Numbered from the stretch's first letter, positions 19,195-29,535 are shown. The stretch is 64,000 nucleotides of DNA from Gemmatimonadota bacterium (GCA_039584815.1 JBDGXC010000017.1:285-64284); one strand, 5' to 3'. Made by a program: numbers and translations. The notes: generated by a model from the letters alone, not told the origin.

Positions 19195-20460
19195 TCAGGC
19201 TCGTGGACCCCGATGGATGTGGGAGTTCGCTCCCCGAAGCAGGGCTCTTGCCTCGTGATTCTCCGGGCTACCCCGGTTCGCTCGTGCAACGTCGGCCATG
19301 GACGGCTCGAGCAGCAGCATTGCCAGCAGAGCAGCTCGTTCCGGAAGACTTCGCACGATCACGTGCTCGTGTGACGCGTGGGCCCCGTCGCCGATCGGCC
19401 CCAGCCCGTCGAGTGTTGGCGCAAACAGAGTCGTGACGTTGCCGTCGGAGCCGCCGCCCGACGTGCCCTGCTGCAGATCGAGGCCCATCTCCTGGCCAGC
19501 CCTGTGTGCTGCTTCCCACAGGTGCTGGTTGCCCGGTGTCCTCTCCATCGGAGGCCGGTTCATCGTTCCGGTCACGACGAGCTCCGTTCCCGGCGTGGTC
19601 GCCTCGAGCGACAGGATCTCGGCCTCCACCCGCCGGGCGTCCTCGATCGTGAGGACCCGAACATCCACGGTCGCCCGACTCTCCGGGGCGATGATGTTCG
19701 TGCGCAGTCCTCCGTCGATCGTGCCCACGTTCACGGTGATCCCGCGCTCGGCGTCGTTGAGCGCGAACATGCGCTGGACGAGCATCGACAGCTCGAGGAT
19801 CGCGCTGGCACCCCGCTCCGGTTCGAGCCCTGCGTGGGCCGCGCGTCCGAGGACCCGGATCTCGAAGAATCCGTTCCCCTTGCGAGCCGTCTTCAGTTTT
19901 CCGGTAGGGCCCAGAGCGGGCTCCAGAACGAACACGCGCTCCGACACCCTGGCGAGGCGCTCGATGTGCCTCATCGAATCGCAACTGCCGATCTCCTCGT
20001 CCGAGTTGATCAGCACGATCGGCGTCACCTCGGGCTGCAGTCCCAGCGTCTGCAGGGCACGCAGTGCGAACACGATGTTCACCAGCCCGCCCTTCATGTC
20101 ATACGTACCCGGTCCGAAAAGGCGGCCCTTCTTCTCGATCACGGGCATCCGGTCGAGCGTACCGACGTCCCACACAGTGTCACAGTGCCCTACCATGAGC
20201 TGGATCGAGCCGTTCTTGGACCTGGCGTGAGGTATGGCCAGCAGTTGCCCGCCCGACTCGATACCCGCGATCGATCGGACCACGAATCCGAGGCGCTCCA
20301 GCTCATGGCGGAGTATCGTCTGCGGGGCTGCCTGGGTCTTCGGATCCAGGGACGGTGATTCTGCCTCAGCGAGACGGCGCAGCAATCGCACCATTTCCCG
20401 CTCGCGTCCCCGAAGGTGCTCCAGGAGGCGGGGGCCGATACTCCCCGCTACGGCGCTCAG
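19195..20460 (-). CDS. M20 family metallopeptidase (glutamate carboxypeptidase-like); start uncertain
   Basis: GHCDTV, GPGTYDMKGG, NSDEEIGS, AHAG..PE.G, GGGSDGN and GAHA..EH. Confidence 0.9.
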   Translation of the reverse strand: MSAVAGSIGPRLLEHLRGREREMVRLLRRLAEAESPSLDPKTQAAPQTILRHELERLGFVVRSIAGIESGGQLLAIPHARSKNGSIQLMVGHCDTVWDVGTLDRMPVIEKKGRLFGPGTYDMKGGLVNIVFALRALQTLGLQPEVTPIVLINSDEEIGSCDSMRHIERLARVSERVFVLEPALGPTGKLKTARKGNGFFEIRVLGRAAHAGLEPERGASAILELSMLVQRMFALNDAERGITVNVGTIDGGLRTNIIAPESRATVDVRVLTIEDARRVEAEILSLEATTPGTELVVTGTMNRPPMERTPGNQHLWEAAHRAGQEMGLDLQQGTSGGGSDGNVTTLFAPTLDGLGPIGDGAHASHEHVIVRSLPERAALLAMLLLEPSMADVARANRGSPENHEARALLRGANSHIHRGPRA

Positions 20461-21065
20461 CGCTCGAACCCTTCGGGGAGGGGGAACGCGTACGTTTGCC
20501 GGATGCGAGCGAACCGCCACGGCTGCACATAGGCGAGCAACGGAGCCTCCCGGATCAGGTCCTGCGCGTCCCGCTCCAGGGAGCACTTCGAGTCTGGTGC
20601 CACGGCCGCTTCAACGATGCGGCCCACGATCAGGCTGTTGTCACCGAATCCATCTACGATTCGGTCAAGTTCGCACTCGAGAAACAGATAGGACTGCGCC
20701 AGGAAGATGCCCCCGACACGGACTGCCGGCCGGGTCTGAAGCGCCTCGATCTCGGGCTTGGCGCTATCGTCACATCGGGGTGCCGCGCACAGGCTGGCGA
20801 GCACTACCTGGTCGGGGCGCGGCATCGATACGGTGAATGCGCGATCGCGTGCGGCGTTACGATACGTCGAGTGTCGCGGAGTGCACACGAACCCGAAGTA
20901 GTTCTGCCACCCCATGGGAGTGGCCATGTGCTTGGGTGCCAGATTGGGTGTACCGTCCTTCCCGAGGGTTCCGACGACCGAAAGTGGAGATACCCAGAAA
21001 AAACTATCCCATATTGGTTTATCTAAGTTTAGTTGGACTAAATCTTGAAGTGGCTGCGCCGCCAT
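20457..21065 (-). CDS. Flavin reductase-like family protein
   Basis: VVGT...DGTPNLAP, HSTYRN....AFTVS and FLECEL....G...LIVGRIV. Confidence 0.8.
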   Translation of the reverse strand: MAAQPLQDLVQLNLDKPIWDSFFWVSPLSVVGTLGKDGTPNLAPKHMATPMGWQNYFGFVCTPRHSTYRNAARDRAFTVSMPRPDQVVLASLCAAPRCDDSAKPEIEALQTRPAVRVGGIFLAQSYLFLECELDRIVDGFGDNSLIVGRIVEAAVAPDSKCSLERDAQDLIREAPLLAYVQPWRFARIRQTYAFPLPEGFER

Positions 21066-21285
21066 CGTCGGCCTCCCGTCCGGTGTGCCCTTACATCATG
21101 GCATCGGCAGCCGTAAATAGCCACATGGCGCCTGATGCGTCGCGCAGTCAACCTCGCCTCAGGCCGGAAGGAAGCGGTTCCACGATCTGGACGTAGAGGC
21201 GATCTTCGCCCGAGACATGACGGGCAGTGAACGCGTTCGCCCGCGAGGCGGCTCCGTACCGATAAGGACAGGAGACAATGTGACC

Positions 21286-21573
21286 ATGCAGACACAGATC
21301 TCGACACGCGGTACTGATCTTACGGATGACCTGAAGTCCCGGGTCGAGGTGGTCACGGCCGACCTGTCGACGCGGACGTCGGGACTCCAGTTGGCCAAGT
21401 TCGTGCTCGAGGAGCGCGAGACCGGTAAGGCGGTGGGCCTCGTCCTGTCGTGGGGTGAGGAACGGGACACGGTCGTGCGGCACGCCGAGGCGAGCGACTG
21501 GGACCGGGCCTTCATGGATCTGGAGCGTCGGCTGGAGCGGGCGCTGGAGGACAGCACCACCGCTTCCCCTTGA
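21286..21573 (+). CDS. Divergent HPF/RaiA-like (sigma54 modulation/S30EA) protein
   Basis: AGGAGA SD; MQTQISTRGTDLTDDLKSRV start and A.A.D...AF..L..RLERAL end match the HPF fold pattern; 95 aa. Confidence 0.55.
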   Translation: MQTQISTRGTDLTDDLKSRVEVVTADLSTRTSGLQLAKFVLEERETGKAVGLVLSWGEERDTVVRHAEASDWDRAFMDLERRLERALEDSTTASP

Positions 21574-21694
21574 GGACGAGAGGGTTGTCGAGCTAGACTG
21601 GATCGACCCGGCCGAACCCGCCGGCCGGGCGGACAACGGCCGGGACTGCGCCCCTTACCCGCTGTGAGCGATACGCTCACCGAGAGGAGGCGCC

Positions 21695-22309
21695 ATGCCG
21701 CAGACGTTCGGTCTCGAGCTCACCGGATTCGAGTTTCCCCGCAGACTTTCACGCCGCAAGGCCAACTTCCGGTTCGTCGCTGACGTCAGATACGTGAACG
21801 GCAGGGGCGAGCACGACACGGAACACGCGGTGCTTCCCGACCTGGATCGCTATTGGGAGTGTGATCCCGAGAGGAAGGGGTCGCCCGAGTACGTTCGGGG
21901 ACCCGAGAAGGGGACCGCCGCCTCGTTCGATATGTCACGCATCGACGCGTGGGACCGCCTGGTCCTGCTGGTCCGGGGGGACGCGGTGCATTCCGTCCAG
22001 TTCAAGGTGTTCGATGTCAACCGGACGGATGGGTGGGACCGACTGCGCCGCGCGCTGGGCGATGTCGTGAGCACGGTCATCGGCCGGGCCCGGGCCTCGG
22101 TGCCCGACAAGGCTTGGGCGGTGTCCGACGCACTCGGGACGGCCGCCACCGATCTCGAATCCAGTCTTGTGATGCGCCTCGCCGGAGGCGACAGGCCTTT
22201 GTTCCGGGCGTCCACCGTTTTTGCGGCGCCCGGCGACTACGAGGTGTCGGGAGAGGGCACGGACGGTTCCTACTCCATCCGGTGCCGGCTCGACCTGAAA
22301 GCCGACTGA
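21695..22309 (+). CDS. Hypothetical protein
   Basis: Strong AGGAGG SD, GC3-rich codons; no motif recognised. Confidence 0.7.
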   Translation: MPQTFGLELTGFEFPRRLSRRKANFRFVADVRYVNGRGEHDTEHAVLPDLDRYWECDPERKGSPEYVRGPEKGTAASFDMSRIDAWDRLVLLVRGDAVHSVQFKVFDVNRTDGWDRLRRALGDVVSTVIGRARASVPDKAWAVSDALGTAATDLESSLVMRLAGGDRPLFRASTVFAAPGDYEVSGEGTDGSYSIRCRLDLKAD

Positions 22310-22350
22310 GAATCGGTACGGCCGCTCCCCTTCGTGCCCTGACCCGGGCC

Positions 22351-22405
22351 CTTGACGGCGCGGTTAACAGCGTTAATTTAACGTTGTTAACTTAACGCCG
22401 TCAAG
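22351..22405. promoter_or_regulatory. Promoter with three tandem palindromic TetR-type operators (TTAAC-N3-GTYAA)
   Basis: TTAACAGCGTTAA (22364), TTAACGTTGTTAA (22378) and TTAACGCCGTCAA (22392) at 14-bp period; TTGACG -35-like box at 22352. Confidence 0.75.
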
Positions 22406-22413
22406 GATGCTTC

Positions 22414-23085
22414 ATGACCGAAACACAAATCACCGAGAAGGTACGCTCACGCGAGACTGAGACTGCCATTCTCGAGGCCGCCCGCAACCTGCTGGCGGAG
22501 GGAGGACGGGACGCGCTCTCTATGCGCGCCGTGGCCGCGCAGGTCGGACTCAGCGCCACCGCCATCTACCATTGGTTCCAGGGCAAGGAAGATCTGGTGG
22601 ACCGCGTCGTCCTCCACGGCTTCAAGCGATCCGAGGCCTACATGTGGAAGGCCATCGAGGACCTTCCCCCCGGGTCGATGGAGAGAGTGGCCGCGCTCGG
22701 CGAAGCGTACATCCGATTCGCGCTGGAACACCGTGAGTACTTCAAGATCATCTTTTCCATCCAGAACCCAGCCCCGAGGCACATCGAGGATGTGCCGGGC
22801 CAGGGAGGATACCGGGTCCTCCGACAGTGTGTGGTCGAGGCCATGGACGCCGGGAACATCCGGCGCGGAGAGCCCGACCTGGTCGTTCTGTACCTGTGGT
22901 CCCTGGTGCACGGGCTGGTGACGATCTTCATGGCCTGCGATCCGAAGGACCTGCTCGCGGAAACGGGTTGCTGCGCGGACCTGGACGAGAGGGAGCTCAC
23001 GATCGGGTTGTTCGGGCGGTTCCGCACGATGGTGCGTGAGGGTCTCGAGCCGGAAGACGTGCGGGGAAGTGGTCGTGATGCTTGA
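22414..23085 (+). CDS. TetR/AcrR family transcriptional regulator
   Basis: ILEAARNLLAEGG..ALSMRAVA..VG.SATAIY.WF..KEDL HTH; C-terminal WSLVHG. Confidence 0.93.
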   Translation: MTETQITEKVRSRETETAILEAARNLLAEGGRDALSMRAVAAQVGLSATAIYHWFQGKEDLVDRVVLHGFKRSEAYMWKAIEDLPPGSMERVAALGEAYIRFALEHREYFKIIFSIQNPAPRHIEDVPGQGGYRVLRQCVVEAMDAGNIRRGEPDLVVLYLWSLVHGLVTIFMACDPKDLLAETGCCADLDERELTIGLFGRFRTMVREGLEPEDVRGSGRDA

Positions 23086-24817
23086 GAGCGGGTCGAGGAT
23101 AGAGCCTCGGAAGGGGGATACGGTGATCGGAAGGCATGGTTCGCGAACGAAGCGGCGAGCGTCGGCATCGGGGCTCGTCGTTCTCGTCGCGATGACGCTA
23201 CTGGCCGGAGGGGTCGTCAGATCGGCCCACGGCCAGACTGTAGACGAGACGGACGCGGGAGCAGAGTCTATCCTGCTTCGTTCGAGCGGAGCTCTGTCGG
23301 CGCAATCTGGTCTGGGCGAGACCATGCCGGCGGCGGAGGCGGACGCGCGTTCCCTCCGTCAGGAGGGTCGCGAGGGCGACGAGACCGTGCGCCCGTACAC
23401 CCTCGAGCGAGCGGTGGCGATCGCGCTTCGCAATAACCGCCGGCTGGCGGTGTCGCAGTACGATCTGGAGGTCGCCAACAAGCAGGTCTCGGAAGCATAC
23501 GGGGCGCTGTTCCCGGAGATCGACGGAACGGCTTCCATGCAGCGGAACCTGGAGCTGCCATCCGCGTTCCTGCCCAGGATCTTCATCGATCCCGAGGCGG
23601 ATCCGGACGAGCTCATCGCGGTGACCTTTGGGGCGGACAACCAGTGGAACGCGGGTCTCACGGTGAACCAGCCTCTGTTCGACGCGGGTGTGTTCGTCGG
23701 AGTGGGAACGGCCGGGGCGTTTCGAAGCCTGGCGCAAGAGGGGCTTCGCGGTGCGGCCCAGGGCGTGGCCACCTCGACGCGGATCGCCTACCTGAACGTC
23801 CTTCTCGCGCAGGAGGCGGTCCGGGTCACGCAAAACAGTATCGAGCGGGTCAGGCAGACCCTGGAGGAGACGCGCGCTCTGAACCGTGCCGGTCTCGCGA
23901 GCGACTACGACGTGCTTCGCCTGGAGGTGCAGCTCGCCAACATCGAGCCCAACCTGCGGCGGTCACGGAACGAGGTCGACGAGGCCCGCCGGGTGCTGGC
24001 GATCGAGATGGGTATCGGCGAGGGAGCGAGCGCTGCGGCGTTCGGCGAGCTTCACCGTATCGACCTGTCCGAGGGAGCGGAGAACAGCGACGACAACACG
24101 GCCCTGCTGACGTTCGCCGGCGTGCCGGACGCGGTCGGGGTGCGCTTGCAAGAGCTGGAGCTCGTTGCGCTGGCCAACAGGACCGATCTGGAGCAGGGCC
24201 TCCTGCAGAGCGATCTGGAGGAAGCCCGCGTCAAGTACGAGCGGACGCAGCTGTTTCCGCGGCTCTCGGCGTTCTTCAACTGGAGTCTGCAGGCGCAGGA
24301 GAACGGCGCCCTCAGTTTCTTCGGCGAGAACCCGGATCAGCGGTTCACGGCGTCAGCCGTGGGCGTCCAGCTCGAGGTCCCGCTGTTCTCGGGCGGCCGC
24401 CGATGGAACCGTGTGGAACAAAGAAAAATCGGGGTGCGTCAGGCGGAGGAGAGGATCGCTGACCTCAGGCAGCGCGCGGCCAACGAGGTCGAGACCGTGC
24501 TCGCGGACCTCAGGGAGGCGCACGCACGGGCCGAAGGCCAGCGGCAGGCTGTCGCGGAAGCCCAGCGCGGCTTCGACATCGTGACGACGGAGTACCTGGC
24601 GGGCACGCAGCCTCGACTGGAGGTGACGGAAGCCGAGCTTGCCCTCCGGCAGGCGGAGCAGAACTACGCGCTGGCCATCTACGACTATCTGGTTGCCCAG
24701 GTGCAGCTCGACCTGGCGGTTGGAGTGGTGCCCGTCGTGGACCCGGTGGTCGAATCGATGATCGAGGGAGACATCAGACCGGACGATCGGGTCGACCCGA
24801 TGTCCGGCACGAGATAG
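23078..24817 (+). CDS. TolC family outer membrane efflux protein (start uncertain)
   Basis: TLERAVAIAL..N, QPLFD, AYLNVL.AQE, G.....DVLR.EV and VPLFSGG motifs. Confidence 0.88.
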   Translation: MLESGSRIEPRKGDTVIGRHGSRTKRRASASGLVVLVAMTLLAGGVVRSAHGQTVDETDAGAESILLRSSGALSAQSGLGETMPAAEADARSLRQEGREGDETVRPYTLERAVAIALRNNRRLAVSQYDLEVANKQVSEAYGALFPEIDGTASMQRNLELPSAFLPRIFIDPEADPDELIAVTFGADNQWNAGLTVNQPLFDAGVFVGVGTAGAFRSLAQEGLRGAAQGVATSTRIAYLNVLLAQEAVRVTQNSIERVRQTLEETRALNRAGLASDYDVLRLEVQLANIEPNLRRSRNEVDEARRVLAIEMGIGEGASAAAFGELHRIDLSEGAENSDDNTALLTFAGVPDAVGVRLQELELVALANRTDLEQGLLQSDLEEARVKYERTQLFPRLSAFFNWSLQAQENGALSFFGENPDQRFTASAVGVQLEVPLFSGGRRWNRVEQRKIGVRQAEERIADLRQRAANEVETVLADLREAHARAEGQRQAVAEAQRGFDIVTTEYLAGTQPRLEVTEAELALRQAEQNYALAIYDYLVAQVQLDLAVGVVPVVDPVVESMIEGDIRPDDRVDPMSGTR

Positions 24818-24828
24818 GTGAGCGATCG

Positions 24829-25956
24829 ATGAAGACGAAGCGACGGGTGAGGACGATCCGGTACGACGACGTCGTGGCGCTGGGGACGTTGATTCTGATC
24901 AGTGTCGTGGGGGGCTGCGGCTCCCCGGAGGTAAGCGGCACCGAGGCGGGGGGAGCGGACGGCGCGGCGGGCGGCGGGGCTTACGTCAAGGTCGTCAACG
25001 TCGAAACGCGCGTCATAGAGCCGTCCGATTTCACCTCCTACGTGCGGCTCACGGGGGCCGTCCAAGCTTACCACGACGTCGTGGTTGGCTCCCAAGAGAG
25101 CGGCATGATCGAGCGCTTCCTGGTCCGCAAGGGCTCACGCGTGAGAGCCGGACAGGCGATCGCTCGAATCGATGATGAGATCCTCGCGGCTCAGGTCGAC
25201 GAGGCCCGTGCCGCGACGTCGCTGGCTCGGGAGAGGTACGAGCGGCAACGGCAGCTGTGGGAGGACGAGGGGATCGGCAGCGAGATCGCCTTCCTGCAGA
25301 CGAAGTACGAAGCCGAATCTGCTGAAGCGCGGCTCGCCTTCCTGCAGGCACGCCTCGATCGGCATACGATCACCTCGCCGATCTCGGGTGTTCTGGACGA
25401 CCGCTATGTGGACGCGGGAGAGATCGTCGCTCCGGGTACGCCGGTGGCCCGTGTGCTCACCGTGGATCGGCTGAAGATCGTCGGAGGGGTCCCCGACAGA
25501 TTCGGACCATACGTGGCACGGGGAGGGATCGCCGTGCTCAGCTTCGACGCCATGCCGGGGCGCACCCTGGAGGGCCGGATCGAGTTCGTGGGCGCCGCGG
25601 TCGACGAACGGAACCGTACGTTCCCGATCGAGATTCTGCTCGACAATCCAGACGGCCTCCTGAAGCTACAGATGGTGGCCAACGTGCGGGTGGCCACGGA
25701 GCGCCTGGAAGCCGTGGTCGTGGTGCCGCAGGAAGTGGTGCTGCGCACTGAGACCGGCTACGAAGTATACGTCGTGTCCGGCGGGCCGGGGGAGACGGTC
25801 GCGGAGGCCAGACGGGTGGAGCTGGGGCCGGGCTTCGAGAACGAGGTGGTCGTCGCGGCCGGTCTCGAGGAGGGAGATCGCCTGATCGTGAAGGGACACC
25901 AGCTGGTGGACGCGGGTGACAGGGTGAGAGTGGTGAGCGAGGAGAGCGGATCATGA
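24829..25956 (+). CDS. RND efflux membrane fusion protein
   Basis: G.I....V.KG..V.AGQ.IA.ID, TITSPISG, D..NRTF.IEI and VVVPQ.VV motifs. Confidence 0.92.
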   Translation: MKTKRRVRTIRYDDVVALGTLILISVVGGCGSPEVSGTEAGGADGAAGGGAYVKVVNVETRVIEPSDFTSYVRLTGAVQAYHDVVVGSQESGMIERFLVRKGSRVRAGQAIARIDDEILAAQVDEARAATSLARERYERQRQLWEDEGIGSEIAFLQTKYEAESAEARLAFLQARLDRHTITSPISGVLDDRYVDAGEIVAPGTPVARVLTVDRLKIVGGVPDRFGPYVARGGIAVLSFDAMPGRTLEGRIEFVGAAVDERNRTFPIEILLDNPDGLLKLQMVANVRVATERLEAVVVVPQEVVLRTETGYEVYVVSGGPGETVAEARRVELGPGFENEVVVAAGLEEGDRLIVKGHQLVDAGDRVRVVSEESGS

Positions 25957-28900
25957 GCTGGTTCCGGACACTCTGGCGGGGCCGCATGGACCGGCGCGAG
26001 GCCGAGAGGCGGCTCGCCGCAGGCAGCGCCGCCGACCGCATGTTCAAGCGGCGGGACCCGCTGAAAGAGGACCTCGGCCGGTACAAGACGTTCTGGCTGA
26101 CGAACTTCGCTGTCGATCACCCGATCAGCGTCCTGACGCTTTTCGTTCTGATCGTTCTGGGTGGTCTGTACTCGTATCTCACCGTCCCCAAAGAGGCGTC
26201 GCCTGACATCACGGTCCCGTTCGTGGCCGTGACCACGGTCTATTCGGGCGTCGCGCCGGAGGACATCGAGACGCTCATCACCCGACCGCTCGAGGAGGAG
26301 CTCAACCAGATCTCCGACATCAAGACCCTCACCTCTCAGTCGGTGGAAAGCTACTCCAGCATCACGGCCGAGTTCGAGGCCGGAATGGACATGACGGAGG
26401 CCCTGCAGCTCGTGCGGGAGAAAGTGGACATCGCGAAGCCCGAGCTCCCGGAGGCGGCCGAGGAGCCGGCGATCGTGGAGTTCAACTTTTCCGAGTTCCC
26501 GATCATGCAGGTGAACGTGTCGGGCGAGTACAACCTGGTTCGGCTGAAGGAGCTCGCCGAGGACATTCAGGACGAGATCGAGCAGGTATCGAGCGTGCTC
26601 AGCGTCCAGCTGTCCGGGGGCCTGGAGCGCGAAGTGAAAGTGGACGTGGACCTGGGCAAGCTCAAGTACTACGGCATCTCGTTCACCGACGTCATCGAGG
26701 CGATCGCGTTCGAGAACGTCACGATACCCGGCGGCACGATCGATGTCGGCGACGTCAAGTTCCTCGTTCGCGTGCCGGGCGAGTTCGAGAACACCCGTCC
26801 TCTCGAGGACATCGTGATCGAGGCCCCGGGCGACCGGCCGATCTACGTGCGCGACGTGGCGACAGTGGACTTCGGCTTCAAGGAGAGGGAGAGCTACGCG
26901 CGTCTCGACGGGAATCCCGTGGTCACGTTGAGTGTGAGCAAGCGGACGGGCCAGAACATCATTGAGACCTCCGAGGCCGTGCGGTCGATCCTCGCGGAGA
27001 TGGAGCCGACCTTCCCGCCCACCACGCATATCAGCATCACTTCCGATGCGGCGAAGTACGTGCGCAGCATGGTCAGTAATCTGGAGAACAACATCATCTC
27101 CGGCCTGATCCTCGTGGTGTCTGTTCTGTTGTTCGTGCTCGGGGTCCGGAACGCGTCCTTCGTCGGCGTCGCGATCCCGCTCTCCATGTTCCTCTCGTTC
27201 AGCGTGATGCAGATCCTCGGCTACACCATGAACATGGTGGTGCTGTTCTCCCTGATCCTCGCGCTCGGCATGTTGGTGGACAACGCGATCGTCGTGGTCG
27301 AGAACATCTACCGGTTCCGGGAGGAAGGCTTCGACCGGAAGACGGCGAGCAAGCTGGCGACGGCAGAGGTGGCCATGCCCGTGATCGCCGCGACGGCGAC
27401 GACCCTTGCCGCCTTCGCGCCGATGGCCTTCTGGCCGGGAATCACCGGCGAGTTCATGAGCTACCTGCCCAAGACCCTGATGATCACGCTCACCTCGTCA
27501 CTGTTCGTGGGGATCGTGATCAACCCGACCCTGTGCTCTCTGTTCATGCGGCTCGAAGGCGAACCGCGGCCTCACCTCACGCGGGAATTCAAGATCGGCA
27601 TGTGGGTCGTCGCGGGCTTCGTGGCGCTGGGTGTGTCCCGCGGACGCCCGCTGACGACGTTCCTCCTCGCGGCGACCGTGATCGGGTTGATTCTCCTCAA
27701 CCGGTTCGTTCTCGATCCGGTGGGCCACTGGGTGCGTGACCGGGCGCTTCCCGCATGGCTCCACTTCTACGAGGGCCGTCTGCGTTGGGCACTCCGGCAC
27801 CGCCTGGTGGTGATGGGACAGGCCGGAGCCCTGCTCGTTGTTGTGTTGATGGTGTTCGGCGCCTTCAACCCGGGAATCGAGTTCTTTCCCGAGGACATCC
27901 CTCCGGATGACATCTGGGTGCAGATCGAGACACCGGTGGGTACGCGTGCCGAGGTAACGGACGAGATCGTGCGGCGCCTGGAGACGGAGCTCGCGGGAAT
28001 CGAGGGTCGGGTCGACTACCAATCCGTAGTGGCTACGACGGGATCCAAGATCGCCGACTTCGGCAGTCAGACGGGCAGTCAGTACGCCACGGTCGCCGTG
28101 AGCTTTGTGGACTTCGAGCTGCGCGAGCATGACACGAACGAGACCCTGGAAGTGATGCGGTCGGCGATCGGGGGAGACGTGGCCGGCGCCACGATCACGG
28201 TGGCCAGGCCCAACATGGGACCACCCACGGGACGACCGATCAACATCGAGATCATAGGCGAGGACTTCGAGACGCTGAAGGAGCTCGGGGACCGGATGGT
28301 AGCCCTTCTCTCGAACGCGGACGTGTCTCCGAAGCTCGAGGGACTGGCGAGCGATCTGGACGACGCGCGCCCCGAGCTCCGGGTCCGGGTGGACCGGGAG
28401 AAGGCGGCCTTGTTCGGCGTCACGACGCTCGACATCGGAAGCATGGTGCGGAGCGCGATCAGCGGAACGGAGGCCTCCGAGTTCCGCGATGGCGAGGAGG
28501 AGTACGACATCGTCGTGCGACTGGCAGAGCGATATCGGTCGGATCTCTCGTCCCTCGCCGACCTGACCGTCGAGAGCGAGATGGGCGATCCGGTCCCGCT
28601 CACGGCCGTCGCGACCTGGAGTGTCGAGGAGGGATTCAGCGGGATCAATCGCAAGGACATGGACCGGGTCGTCACCGTGTTTTCCGACGTGCGGGCGGGC
28701 CACAACGCGAACGCCGTGCTGGGCGAGGTGCAGACGACGGTGGCCGGATTCGAGGAAGCGCTACCGGACGGCTACCGGCTGAGCTATACGGGCCAGCAGC
28801 AGGAACAGCAGGAGTCTCAGGACTTTCTGTTCAGTGCATTCCTGTGGGCGCTGTTCCTGATCGCGTTCATTCTGATCTCACAGTTCGATTCGATCCTGAA

Positions 28901-29480
28901 ACCGGTCCTGATCCTGAGCACGGTCATGCTCTCGACGGTCGGCGTGCTCATCGGCCTTCTGATCTTCCGAATGCCGTTCGGCGTCATCATGAGCGGCGTG
29001 GGAGTGATCAGCCTCGCCGGGATCGTCGTGAACAACGCGATCGTGCTGATCGACTACATCCACGTGCTTCGAGACCGCGACGGCCTCGCGGAGCGCGAGT
29101 CGCTGGTGATGGGTGGAGTCACCCGCTTTCGGCCCGTGATGCTTACCGCGATCACCACAGTCATGGGTCTGATCCCGCTGGCCATCGGGCTCAACATCGA
29201 CTTCAACCGGTTCTACAGGACGTTGAATCCGAACATCTTCTGGGGTGGTGCGCAGGCTGCATGGTGGGGTCCCATGGCCATCGCCGTCATCGCCGGTCTG
29301 ACGTTCGCGACCTTCCTGACCCTAGTCCTTCTGCCCGTGATGCACTCGCTCCTGGACGACATGGTCTCGTTCTTCCGGCGGCACTTCCGGGCAAACGGTC
29401 GTTCGGCGCTCCTGATGGACGAGTCGGCGCAGGATGAGGCCAAGGCAGTGGGCGAGGAGCGAGAGCTGGCGAGGGTCTGA
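25953..29480 (+). CDS. RND efflux permease (AcrB/AcrD/AcrF family)
   Basis: GMLVDNAIVVVENI, AGIVVNNAIVLID and RFRPVMLTAITT; 1175 aa. Confidence 0.95.
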   Translation: MSWFRTLWRGRMDRREAERRLAAGSAADRMFKRRDPLKEDLGRYKTFWLTNFAVDHPISVLTLFVLIVLGGLYSYLTVPKEASPDITVPFVAVTTVYSGVAPEDIETLITRPLEEELNQISDIKTLTSQSVESYSSITAEFEAGMDMTEALQLVREKVDIAKPELPEAAEEPAIVEFNFSEFPIMQVNVSGEYNLVRLKELAEDIQDEIEQVSSVLSVQLSGGLEREVKVDVDLGKLKYYGISFTDVIEAIAFENVTIPGGTIDVGDVKFLVRVPGEFENTRPLEDIVIEAPGDRPIYVRDVATVDFGFKERESYARLDGNPVVTLSVSKRTGQNIIETSEAVRSILAEMEPTFPPTTHISITSDAAKYVRSMVSNLENNIISGLILVVSVLLFVLGVRNASFVGVAIPLSMFLSFSVMQILGYTMNMVVLFSLILALGMLVDNAIVVVENIYRFREEGFDRKTASKLATAEVAMPVIAATATTLAAFAPMAFWPGITGEFMSYLPKTLMITLTSSLFVGIVINPTLCSLFMRLEGEPRPHLTREFKIGMWVVAGFVALGVSRGRPLTTFLLAATVIGLILLNRFVLDPVGHWVRDRALPAWLHFYEGRLRWALRHRLVVMGQAGALLVVVLMVFGAFNPGIEFFPEDIPPDDIWVQIETPVGTRAEVTDEIVRRLETELAGIEGRVDYQSVVATTGSKIADFGSQTGSQYATVAVSFVDFELREHDTNETLEVMRSAIGGDVAGATITVARPNMGPPTGRPINIEIIGEDFETLKELGDRMVALLSNADVSPKLEGLASDLDDARPELRVRVDREKAALFGVTTLDIGSMVRSAISGTEASEFRDGEEEYDIVVRLAERYRSDLSSLADLTVESEMGDPVPLTAVATWSVEEGFSGINRKDMDRVVTVFSDVRAGHNANAVLGEVQTTVAGFEEALPDGYRLSYTGQQQEQQESQDFLFSAFLWALFLIAFILISQFDSILKPVLILSTVMLSTVGVLIGLLIFRMPFGVIMSGVGVISLAGIVVNNAIVLIDYIHVLRDRDGLAERESLVMGGVTRFRPVMLTAITTVMGLIPLAIGLNIDFNRFYRTLNPNIFWGGAQAAWWGPMAIAVIAGLTFATFLTLVLLPVMHSLLDDMVSFFRRHFRANGRSALLMDESAQDEAKAVGEERELARV

Positions 29481-29535
29481 CGCCGGCCCGGCCGTGCGCT
29501 CGGTGCCGCGGGTCGATCATTCGGTCGCCCTGCTC

